Shown here one piece after another: positions 13,700 to 25,546 of a DNA stretch of 64,000 bases; the first letter of the stretch is position 1, and the number at the start of each line of letters is the position of its first letter. Both the position numbers and the translations under genes were made by a program. The notes below the pieces were generated by a model. It ran no database searches, had not been told where the DNA came from, and saw nothing but the letters and a program-made list of their open reading frames with translations. Origin of the DNA: Octopus sinensis (Eukaryota); assembly GCF_006345805.1 (NCBI RefSeq), contig NC_042997.1, positions 87,916,001 to 87,980,000 of the forward strand, written 5' to 3'.

Positions 13700-14080
13700 T
13701 TTATCTTTTACTTGTTTCAGTCATTAGACTGTAACCATATTGGGGTACCACGTTGAAAAGTTTTAGTTGAAGAAATTGGCCCCATTACTTATTTTTAATA
13801 AGTACTTATTCTGTCAATCTTATTTGCTGAACTGCTAAGTTATGTGTATGTAAATACACCAACATCAGTTGTCAAGCTATGGGGGACAGACACAAATACA
13901 AAGACACACACACACACACACACATATAATGGAACGTTTTCATTTTCCATTTACCAAATCCACTTACAAGGCTTTGGTTGGCCTGGGATTATAGTAGAAG
14001 GCACTTGCTTAAGGTGCCATGCAGTGGGACTGAACCTGAAACCATGTGGTTGAGAAGCAAACTTCTTGACCACACAGTCA
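13700..14080 (-). mobile_element. SINE family A, near full length
   Basis: Colinear with 62470-62835 from the tail (cttgtttcagtcattagactg) to the head. Confidence 0.8.
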
Positions 14081-14504
14081 ATAGAGGATAGTGATGGCTG
14101 GAATGTTTTTTGCCTTAGATTTGCTCAAGTAAGGTCGACTGAGGCTTAAAAACAAAATTAAAGCATATACCAGTCCAATTAATATTCCTAACACAGACCA
14201 TCAGCTTACTAGTTCTGACTGTCATTATATAGAAGGTAATGTAATATAACATAATGCAATATCATTTATTATACATATAGATATGTGTGTGCGAGCATGA
14301 ATAAATCTTGTGCTTCTCTTCCATTAATTTTCAAACAACACCAAGATCAATTCTGTCATTGCAGTAAATATATCATCTCGATGATATAGTCATGAGAATC
14401 GAAAAACGTGATGTTGGGTGGACTTAAAAAAATATAGCAAACAAATGACTATAAAAAAAATATAGCTCATTACAAAATAAGTATTAAACAAGAAAAATTG
14501 CAAC

Positions 14505-14648
14505 ACTGTCATGTATTTATATAAATGCACACTCGTGAATTTATATGTGTATGTGCGTGTGTGTATGTATCTATGTACATGTTTATGTGTGTGTATGCAA
14601 GTATGTTTTGGTGTTCATGTGTGTTTATATATATATATATATTATATA

Positions 14649-14718
<70 letters not shown>

Positions 14719-14780
14719 GATACATGCAAGTATGTGTATATGTTTATATGTATGTGTGTGTATATATATATGTAATATAA
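14505..14780. repeat. Compound (TA)n/(TG)n microsatellite
   Basis: Direct reading. Explains the YIYI/VCVC ORFs on both strands. Confidence 0.95.
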
Positions 14781-14928
14781 ATGGATTTGGTGGATGTAAA
14801 TTCTTCATTCTTTCATTAAAAACCTCAGCATTTCCAGGCTTCTATGCCAACTTACTACTGCACAGCCCAGTATCTATTGTCATATGTGTGTTAATATCTA
14901 TGCATATATGTATCTTCTGTCTTTTTGC

Positions 14929-15016
<88 letters not shown>

Positions 15017-15639
15017 TTGCATGTATATGCAATCTTGCACACTACAAGAAATCATATGTATATTTGTGTTTATTTGAATGTAACCCATGCCAGCATGAAA
15101 ACTGGATATTAAATGATGATGATGATATATTTAAAATCAATTGGCCTCAGTAAACTTTGCAATGGTTAAGGCTTTAGTTAGCAGAAAAAATAAATAACTG
15201 GACTTCGATATCATCAAGGAAATGGCCATTCTCAATATGTAAAAAATGAATGGGTAGAAATTCTATACAGTGCATCATATGTGATTTATGGATCCATTCG
15301 TGATGTAGCAGAATCAAAGGCAGGTTGGCGGTGAATAGAGACTTTGTGTGTGATAGGTGAGATGAGCCCTCATAGCTCAATTAAAGTAATCTACTATAGA
15401 AGTAGATGAAGGCTGTTGCTCTCTAGGTGACCTGATCAGCAGTGGGTTATAGTGTACTGAAAGTGTAGTGGCTAGAATTGGGATAGGGTGCAAAAATTCA
15501 GAAAGCTACTACCTCAACTTGCAGCAAGTAGATGCAGTTTTGTCAAAGGAGTTACCACAAAATGGCTGTAGCAGAGTTGAAACCCATGACCATGCTAACA
15601 AGAATCCAGAATATTTTTATATATACATGTGTATTTATA

Positions 15640-15655
<16 letters not shown>

Positions 15656-15673
<18 letters not shown>

Positions 15674-17364
15674 TTCTAGTTTCAGCTCAGAGCTGCAGCC
15701 ATGCTGATGCACTGCCGTTTTATGCTACACTGTTATTTCGAAGAACCTCGTCTAATATGTGGCACTTGGTGAAGAATGGAGTTTGATATAGCTACTCTCA
15801 TTTGCACCTCTTGCTGTGAGGTAGGCTCATCTGGGAATCCTGACAGGAAGATGTCCAGCTTTGATTTAAAAACCGCTACATCTACTTTGTGCAAGTTCCT
15901 CAGACTCTTTGGGAGAATATTAAAAAGCTGTGGGCCCTTGAAACCCAGGCTGTTGCAGAAGCTGGTCCTGAAGCGTGATGGCATTGCTGGGATCTTTGGC
16001 ACTATGCAGTGTCGTCCCGTTCTAGCATTGGTGTAGCTTACAATGCCAAAATTTGGCACGATTCCTTCCAGGATCTTCCAGACATATATTACTGCATACC
16101 TCTCCCATCTTCTCTCCAGGGAGTAGAGTCTTAGCTGTTTCAACCTTTCCCAGTAGCTGAGCTGTTGCAAAGAGACGATCTTCTTTGTGAATCTTCTCTG
16201 GATTGCTTCAAGGTCCGCTGTTAATTTTACACTGGTGGGTGACCATAGCTGTGAGCAGTAATCCAGGCGGCTGAGGACAAATGTCCGCCAGAGGACCATC
16301 ATGGTTTCCTTATCTCTGGTTCTGAATGTTCTTAGGATCCACCCAGCCAGTCGTCTGCACTTTGTCGCCATCCTGGTAATGTGCACTTGGAAAGAGGTAT
16401 CATCACTCATGTCGATACCCAGGTCCCTCACAGACTTATGCTCTGAGATTGAAATTCCCTGTGGACCGTTGTGTCCTGTAAGTTTAATATTCAGTTTTGG
16501 ATGCTAGTAGCGCAGGGCCTGGAATTTTTCAGCATTAAACTGCATGTTATTATCCTCAGCCCATCTGTAGATTGAGTCCAACTCCTGCTGCAGGTGTGCA
16601 ACATTGCTGATGTTCTGTATTTTCTGCGAGACTTTCGTATCGTCTGCATAGCTGGCCAGAGTGGCTATCCGGGCATTTGAAAGCATATCTGAGAGGGCCA
16701 CTATAAAAAGCAGTGGCCCCAATACAGTGTCCTGTGGAACACCGCTCACTATTTGTGTGTTCATAGAGGTGGCTCCATTAACCACTACTGCCTGACTCCT
16801 ATCTTTCAGGAAGTCATGTATCCACACTCCAAGTTTTCCAGCTATGCCGAGGTCACACAGTTTGTGGCATATCATACCATGATCCACCTTGTCAAAAGCT
16901 TTTGCAAAATCAAGGTAGATTATGACCACATTTGATTTGTTGAGTAACTGCCTCAACACCCAGTCATAATGTTGTAAGAGCTGGGTCAGGCAGCTCCTAC
17001 CTGATCGAAAACCATGCTGGGTATCACTCAGCAAGTTATTTTACTCAAGGAATGTGATTAGTTTCTTTCTGACTATCCGTTCCATGACTTTGCTGATGTG
17101 TGAAGTCAGAGAGATAGGCCTATAGTTTTTGGCATCTGCTCTACTTCCCCCTTTATGTATTGGGCATATTATTCCCTCCTTCAGCTTGCTTGGCAGTTTG
17201 CCATTCGCAAGAAAGCTCTGGAAGAGAATCTTGAGGGGTTTTGCTAGGGCATGCTTACACGCTTTGAGGAGGATGGCTGGGAAACTATCTGGACCAGCAG
17301 CTGAGTTCGTGTCCACTTCATCTATGGCTAGTAGGACATCTTTTTCGCTAATGTCAATACATTC
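15656..17364 (-). pseudogene. CR1/L2-group LINE ORF2, 3' 1.7 kb: RT domain, C-terminus, short 3' UTR, poly(A)
   Basis: ORFs 17041-17316, 16504-17034 and 15733-16431 are one frame with two in-frame stops. Motifs: AAGPD, NYRPISLTS, QHGFRSGRSC, YLDFAKAFDKVDH, SGVPQDTVLGP, YADDT, RLDYCSQLWSP, LYSLERR. T20 run at 15656-15675 is the poly(A). Confidence 0.95.
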
Positions 17365-17372
17365 TATATATA

Positions 17373-17424
<52 letters not shown>

Positions 17425-17665
17425 ATATGTATATTTCTATACATACACATATATTGTTTTATAAAAATATATATATATACATGTATATATATATATATGT
17501 ACATTATATATATATGTACATTTGAACGATGATGATGATGATATATATATTTATATATGTGTGTGTGTATATGTATATTTCTATACATACACACATATAT
17601 TGTTTTATATATGTACATATATATATGTACATATATATATATATACATGTATATATATATATATA

Positions 17666-18900
17666 TCATCATCATCATCATCGTTTAGCGTCCGTTTTCC
17701 ATGCTAGCATGGGTTGGATGGTTCTACTGGGGTCTGTGAAGCCAGAAGGCTTCATCAGGCCCAGTCAAATCTGGCAGTGTTTCTACAGCTGGATGCCCTT
17801 CCTAACGCCAACCACTCCGTGAGTGTAGTGGGTGCTTTTTACGTGCCACCCGCACAGGTGCCAGACAGAGCTGGCAAACGGCCATGAACGGGTGGTGCTT
17901 TTTATGTGCCACTGGCACGAGGGCCAGGCGAAGCTGGCCTCGGACACGAACGGATGGTGCTTTTTACGTGCCACCGGCACGAGGCCAGTTAGGACGGCGC
18001 TGGCAACGGTCGTGAAACGGAAGGTTCTCTTACATGCCACCGGCACTGGTAACACATCTGCAATTTCCATTGATCGATTTCGATTCTGATCCTCACTTGC
18101 CTCAACAGGTCTTCACAAGTAGAGTTTCGACATGCCACCGGCACTGGTAACACATCTGCAATTTCCATTGAACGATTTCGATTCTGATCCTCACTTGCCT
18201 CAACAGGTCTTCACAAGTAGAGTTTTGTGTCCCAAGAAGGGAAGGTATGCATACGTAGGCTGGCTCCATCCCATGTAGAAGGCCACGGGTATGGACTCAC
18301 TTGTCCTGCCGGGTCTTCTCGCGCACAGCACACTTCCAGAGTCTCGGTCTCTAGTCATTTCCTCAGTGAGACCTAAAGTTCGAAGGTCGTGCTTCACCAC
18401 CTCATCCCAGGTTTTCCTGTGTCTGCCTCTTCCGCAGGTTCCCTCAACCGCTAGGGTGTGGCACTTTTCACACAACTATCTTCATCCATTCTCGCCACAT
18501 GACCATACCAGCGCAAACGTCTCTCTTGCACACCACAACTGATGCTTCTTAGGTCCAGCTTTTCTCTCAAGGTACTTACACTCTGCCGAGTATGAGTACT
18601 GACATTACACATCCATCGGAGCATACTGGTTTCATTTCTTGCGAGCTTACGCATATCCTCAGCAGTCACGGCCCATGTTTCACTGCCATGTAGCATGGCT
18701 GTTCGTACACACGCATCATACAGTCTGCCTTTCACTCTGTGCGAGAGGCCTTTTGTCACCAGCAGAGGTAAGAGCTCTCTGAACTTTGCCCAAGCTATTC
18801 TTACTCGCAGTTACACTTTCAGCACACCCGCCCCCCCGCTGCTGACTTGGTCACCTAGGTAACGGAAAGTATCAACTATTTCTAGTTTTTCTCCCTGGAA
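17666..18900 (-). mobile_element. RTE-clade LINE, 5'-truncated (ORF C-terminus, tandem-repeat 3' UTR, (GAT)n tail)
   Basis: GRLYDACVRTAMLHGSETW, RLRWYGHVARM and GRGRHRKTWDEVV are typical of the RTE post-RT region. Tail (cat)n at 17666-17682. Confidence 0.92.
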
Positions 18901-19455
18901 AATATACATGTATATAGATATATAATGTACATTATTATATATAGATATAATATATATATACATGTATATATATATAACATTATTATATATATACTATAGA
19001 TATATTATATTATATATATATATATATATATACATGTATATATTTTTATATATATCTATATACGTATATATATATATATATATATACATGTATATTATAT
19101 AGACATGTATACTATATATATCATATTATATACATGTAGATAGCTATATACAGGATATATATATAAGATATTATAGATGACAGTATAGAGTATCATATAT
19201 ATAGAAGATAGATACATATATATAGTATAGATACAGGTAGGATAGAATGAGAAGATATTATATATAGATAGACATATATATATAATACATATATATATAT
19301 ACATGATAGATATATATACAGTATATATATATATATATATATATAGATATACATGTATATAGATATATATTTACATATATATAATATATATATAATATAA
19401 GATATACATGGATATAGCGATTATAATCTATATATAGAGAGATAAGATAATGGAT

Positions 19456-19490
<35 letters not shown>

Positions 19491-21244
19491 TACATTATAT
19501 AGATATAAGATATATAATATAGACAGTATATATACAGAATATATACATGATAAAACATTATGATATATATAGATCTATATAGATAGACATGTATTAGATA
19601 TATATATATTATATCTATATCATGTATATCTAATATATCTATATATATATTACATGTATCTATATATATATATATTATCCATGTATATATATGTATATAT
19701 ATATACATGTATATATATATATATATATACTATACATGTATATATATATATAAGATTATATACATGTATATATATTTTATATATATAGCATATAATATAT
19801 AGACATGGTATATACTAAATGACTATATAGATAGAATGTATATATATATATATATATCATTATACATGTCTATATATATTATACATGTAATATATATATA
19901 TATATATGATATATATATACATGGTATATATATATAGGTATATATATACATGTTATAGATATATATATATATAGACAGTATATATAGTATATATATATAT
20001 ATATACATGTATAGATATATATATATATATATTAATATGATCAGATATATATAGATATATAGATATATATATACATGTAGTATAGAGATATATATATATA
20101 GATATAGGATACACATGTATATATATATATATAGTATATATATATAGCGATATATATACATATAGATATATATAGATATATATATAATAGAGATATATAC
20201 ATGGATATGTATATATATGTAGATATCGATATAGATCTAAGTACTGTATATAGAGATATATATATATATCTATATGATATAACATGTAGATATAGATATA
20301 CATGTATATATATATATATAATTATATACATGTATATAGTATCTATATATAGATATACATGTGTATATAATGATATATATATATATAGATACAGGGATAG
20401 TATATAGAATCGATATATATATATATATACATGTGTATATATATCTATAGTAATAACTGTATAATATTATTATATCATATATCCATGTATATATATATAT
20501 ATAATATATACATTAATTATATATATCTATACTATATATATATATATCATGTACTATATATATAAAATTCTATTATTCTTATACATGTATATTATTATAA
20601 TATTACATGTATCTTATATATACATAATACATGTATATATATATATATATATAGATACATGTATATATATAGATACTATAAATGTGAAGTATATATATAT
20701 ATATATTCATACATGTATATATATAGCTATATATATATACATGTATATATACATATAGTACATTAAATATACATGTATATATCTATAATATATATATATA
20801 CATGATATATATATATATATGTACATTATCTTAACATGTATATATATAGATAATATATACATGTATATATATATATATGACATGTATATATTATATATAT
20901 ATATATATATTATATATATCTGTAATGTATTAGCTATATATTATATAGAATATATAGATATATACATGTATATATATATATCTATAGTTACATTATATAT
21001 ATATACATGGTATATTATATATATATATGTACATGATATATATATGATTATATATACATGTATATATATATATACATGATATTATATATATATATCGGAC
21101 ATTATATATGATATATATACATGGATATATCTATATACTGTATATATATATATATATATATACATGTATATATATAATATGTACATTATATATACATGTA
21201 TATATATATATATATATATACATGTATATATATATATATGTACA

Positions 21245-21322
<78 letters not shown>

Positions 21323-21610
21323 CATGTATATTATATATATATATGATATTATGTATATATATATATATACATGTATATATAATATATATGTACATTATAT
21401 ATATATATATACATGTATATATATATATACATATTTATATATATATATATATGTACATTATATAATATATATATACATGTATATATATATATATATATGT
21501 ACATTATATATATATTATATACATGTATATATATATATATATATGTACATTAATATATAATATACATGTATATATATATATTTATATGTACATTATATAT
21601 ATATATATAC

Positions 21611-21665
<55 letters not shown>
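18901..21665. repeat. ~2.8 kb degenerate (TA)n satellite punctuated by TACATG/TACATT
   Basis: Direct reading. Irregular for the first ~2.2 kb, regular after ~21100. Confidence 0.95.
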
Positions 21666-21669
<4 letters not shown>

Positions 21670-21749
21670 AATTGCAGCATGGAAGGTGTTTATAAGCCAT
21701 TTAAGAAACACCACAAAAGACGTTCGATTCACTTCAACATTAAGTTTAA

Positions 21750-21799
21750 TTTGTCAAAATATTTTCGTTGCTAAAATCCGCAACCTGTTCACTGACAAA
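21750..21799 (-). ncRNA. Second copy of the variant hammerhead on the opposite strand
   Basis: Minus strand: tttgtca GTGAACAG gttgc ggatttta gcaac GAAA atat TT tgacaaa. Confidence 0.7.
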
Positions 21800-21819
21800 G
21801 TCCGTGCTGCATCTCGGAC

Positions 21820-21869
21820 TTTGTCAGTGAACAGGTCGCGGATTTTAGCGACGAAAATATTTTGACAAA
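21820..21869 (+). ncRNA. Minimal type-I hammerhead ribozyme, variant core (G3-C8 swap)
   Basis: Stem I tttgtca/tgacaaa; core GTGAACA plus G; stem II gtcgc/gcgac; GAAA; palindromic AATATT in place of stem III; UUU cleavage triplet. Confidence 0.7.
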
Positions 21870-22034
21870 TTAAACTTAAATGTTGAAGTGAATCGAACGT
21901 CTTTTGTGTGTTTCTTAAATGGCTTATAAACACCTTCCACGCTGCAATTGTTTTCGTTTCAGCACACGATCTCAGATCAAAATACTTGCTATGCGAATAC
22001 ATCTCCGTAATATATATATATATATATATATAAA

Positions 22035-22275
22035 ATGCACGATTTTCCGTGACCATTGCCAGTACCGCCTAACTGGCCCTCATGCCAGTGGCACGTAAAA
22101 GCACCCACTTCACTCTCAAAGTGGTTGGTGTTAGGAAGGGCATCCAGCTGTAGAAACTCTGCTAAATCAGGGTTGGAGCCTGGTGCAGCCATCTGGTTTG
22201 CCAGTCCTCAATAAAATCGTCCAACCGTTGCTAGCATGGAAAGCGGACATTAAACGATGATGATGATGATGATGA
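22035..22275 (+). mobile_element. RTE LINE 3' tail fragment
   Basis: gtggcacgtaaaagcaccc...ccaaccgttgctagcatggaaagcggacattaaacgatgatgatg. Confidence 0.85.
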
Positions 22276-22489
22276 CTTGCAGATATATATGTATCTATAT
22301 ATATATATGTATATATATATTTGTATATATATATATATATATGTTTATATATGTACACATATATATAAGTTCAGTAAAATTTAGATTCAGTTGAATATGG
22401 TACTTAAGGTGAAGGCACCAGAATTTAGTATGGTATTATTCATATAATATTCGTGCTGCATTACCTCTGGATATCCTTGTTACTTATTT

Positions 22490-23285
22490 TGATTATAATC
22501 ACCAAATTCTCATGGCATCCAACAACATCAGAGACTTGGGAGTAACAGTGAACAACAACATAAGCTGGGCTACACATATAAGCAGCAAAGTTGACATGGC
22601 CCGCAGAATGTGTTCCTGGATTCTCAGAACCTTCCAGTTGAGAGATTCCCACACTATTATCCTTCTGTTCTCCACTTTTGCCAGACCCCACCTTGAATAC
22701 TGCTGTCCACTGTGGTCTCCCTACACAAAACAAAATATTATGAGAATTGAAGCTCCCCAAAGGTCAATCACAAAAAAGATAGATGGCATGTCAGACCTTG
22801 ACTACTGGGGTAGACTAGAGAAGCTGAAACTGTATTCACTCCAACGACGCCGTGAACGCTACATTATCTGTATGATGTGGAAAATATTCCATCAGCACTG
22901 TCCGAATGATGTTGGCATCACCTTCAAAATACATCCAAGACTGGACCACGTGCCATCCGTCCACAACAAAAATCTAAATCGCATCACATAACGACAATAC
23001 GGCACAACTATTTCACCTCAATTGGACCCGCTCTCTTCAACATTACACCAGGACACGTCAAAAAAGAAACTGACCACACAAAATTCAAGAAGTCTTTGGA
23101 CAAATTCCTTCAAACAGTCTCGGACAAACCACCGACACCCGGATATGTCTCCGCAAACAATAACTCTCTGCTCAAATGGGCCTTGGTACCCAAATCCTGA
23201 ATTGAAAGACTTCGCCAGGTGGTGCTATTAAGTTAGACATGGCCTGGGCGAATACTGGCCAAAACCTTTCCAAGTTATTCTAAGT
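22490..23285 (+). pseudogene. CR1/L2-group LINE ORF2 C-terminal fragment (a different subfamily from 15656-17364)
   Basis: IRDLGVTV, RPHLEYCCPLWSP, YWGRLEKLKLYSLQRRRERY. Its 3' UTR differs and ends in ccaagtt/ctaagtt repeats. Confidence 0.9.
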
Positions 23286-23525
23286 TATATATATATATAT
23301 ATATATGTATATGTTTATATATATACATATATATATATGTATGTATGTTTATATATATACATATATATATATGTATGTATATGTTTATATATATACATAT
23401 ATATATATGTATGTATATTTATATATATATTTGTGTGAGTATATATATATATATTTGTATATATGTGTATATATCTATCTATCTATATATATATATATAT
23501 ATATATATACATCTATGTATGTATA

Positions 23526-23557
<32 letters not shown>

Positions 23558-23819
23558 CATCTATGTATGTATATATATGTAAATTTATATATATATATAT
23601 ATATATAAATTAATTGTTATCGCCATATTAATATGGCATTCTTATAGATATAAGAATAATCGCTGCCGCTGGTCAGCTCCATGAGGCCACCGCCATCAAG
23701 ATAGCTATTGATACATGATCTGTATCCATTATATAGAGACTTAGTAATTTTAATATTTCTATTATATATATATATATATATATTTGTTTGTATATATGTT
23801 TGTATATGTATGTTCATAT

Positions 23820-24830
23820 ATATGTCTGGCAATGTGGATGATGAAGTTCCATATAGAATTAGGAAAGCAAGTGTTGCTTTCGGAAGGCTAGAAAAGCGCC
23901 TCTGGAGTTGGCGAGACATATGCAGAAAGACAAAGATAAAGGTGTACAAGGCATGTGTGCTCCCTTCTCTTCTCTATGCCTGCGAGACGTGGGTCACATA
24001 TTGATACCACCTTAAACATCTGGAACGTTTCCATCAGATGTACCTCAGATGGATCTATAGCATTAAGTGTAAGAACTGCATCAGTGATCTTGAAATACTC
24101 GAAGGCTCTCGGTGTGTAAGTATAGAAGCTCTTGTGTTAAAGCAAAGGCTCAGATGGAGTGGTCATCTGGTCGGAATGAAGGATTCAAGGATGCCAAAAC
24201 AACTCTTTTATGGAGAGTTAGCTAAAGGAGAACGACCTCCACATAAACCAAAAAGAGGTATAAGGACTTGCTGAAGACTTCCTTAAGAGATGCTTGCATC
24301 TCTCCTGACACATGGGAAGGCATAGCTATTGATCGTAGCAGGTGGAGAAGGATTGTGCATGAGGGGACAGCCACATTTGAGAAATCTCGAGTTGCACATG
24401 AGAAAGTAAGGAGGGATGTCAGGAAGGGCATCGCTGTTACACTTCCAGAAGGGAAGGGTCTTCCTTTGATTCTGACATGCAAAGTAAAGCTGGACTCATA
24501 GTCATCTTCGTAGTCATAAAACGAGACAGATGAGTGACAACCTGGCCACTGGTGGTGGTGTAACACACCATACTAATCATATCTGTCGGGCATGTGGAAG
24601 AGAGTGTAATTTGGCAGGAGGACTTAAACAACATGCAAAGGTACATGAAGCTCAGTTACAACTACAGCCGGCTATTACCAGTAAAGGTCTTAATTGCCAA
24701 TTTTGTACAAGACATTGTAGATCTTTAGCTGGGCTAAAAAGTCACATTCAATCACAGCACCAGTAACAGTTAAGCTTCATGCAATGGCCATACTCGATAA
24801 CGAGGGGGCAGCCATAATAATATGTAAATT
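23820..24830 (+). pseudogene. RTE-BovB-type LINE C-terminal fragment with tandem C2H2-like fingers and a 3' stem-loop
   Basis: RIRKASVAFGRL, TKIKVYKACVLPSLLYACETW, RLRWSGHLVGM, KQLFYGEL, WEGIAIDRSRWR; fingers CRACGRECNLAGGLKQHAKVH and [22 protein letters not shown]. Several stops and frameshifts. Confidence 0.92.
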
Positions 24831-25008
24831 TATATATATATATATACACAAATATATACACACACACATATATATATATATATACAAGTATATATATATG
24901 TATACAAATATATATATTATATATACACATATACACACACACATATATATATATATAAATATGTATCTATACAAATATATATATATATATACATAAATAT
25001 ATGTATAT

Positions 25009-25290
25009 AAAAAATTAGAAAGAAACACCTTTTATTAATTCAAAATGAACAATTAAATTACACCATCCAAAAAATTACATATAATAGAAATATTAAAATT
25101 AAAATAACAATAAAATACCAATGATTAAGTAAATTGCAAAAAAAATAATAAAAACATATATAATTGACAGAATAACGACACATATTTCTGTTATTTTAAT
25201 TTTAATATTTCTATTATATGTAATTTTCTAGATGGTGTACTTTAATTGTTTATTTTGAATTGATAAAAGGTGGTTTTTTCTCATTTTTTA
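25009..25290. repeat. AT-rich inverted repeat, ~100 bp arms (25009-25108 / 25189-25290) with an ~80 bp spacer
   Basis: aaacaccttttattaattcaaaatgaacaattaaattacaccatc...taatagaaatattaaaattaaaataaca recurs as its reverse complement with roughly 10 differences. Confidence 0.85.
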
Positions 25291-25388
25291 TATATAAATA
25301 TTATATTGTGTGAAATTTGATTTAGTATTTCTAAATTGAATTTTTTCCCTGTAAGTTTGGATTCATATTCCCTCAAATAATTATCATA

Positions 25389-25451
<63 letters not shown>

Positions 25452-25513
25452 CATACATACATATATATATATATATACACACACACAAATATATATATGT
25501 ATATACTCAAATA

Positions 25514-25545
<32 letters not shown>

Positions 25546-25546
25546 A

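Larger units (their letters stand above)
21666..22010. mobile_element. Inverted (tail-to-tail) pair of Penelope-like pseudo-LTR ends: 288-bp palindrome plus a one-sided extension
   Basis: Arms 21666-21804 and 21815-21953 are reverse complements with 3 substitutions and 2 single-base indels, and a 10-nt loop. Each arm holds a hammerhead scaffold. PLE origin is inferred from that architecture. Confidence 0.7.

Noticed and set aside
23615-23760. GC-rich island with a perfect 16-bp palindrome (gccatattaatatggc), considered as foreign DNA or an exon
   Set aside because: It translates to IAAAGQLHEATAIKIAIDT, loosely like the QPAPG..P.I.I linker that precedes the adjacent RTE-BovB sequence. It is most likely a garbled upstream piece of that element in low-quality, TA-rich consensus.
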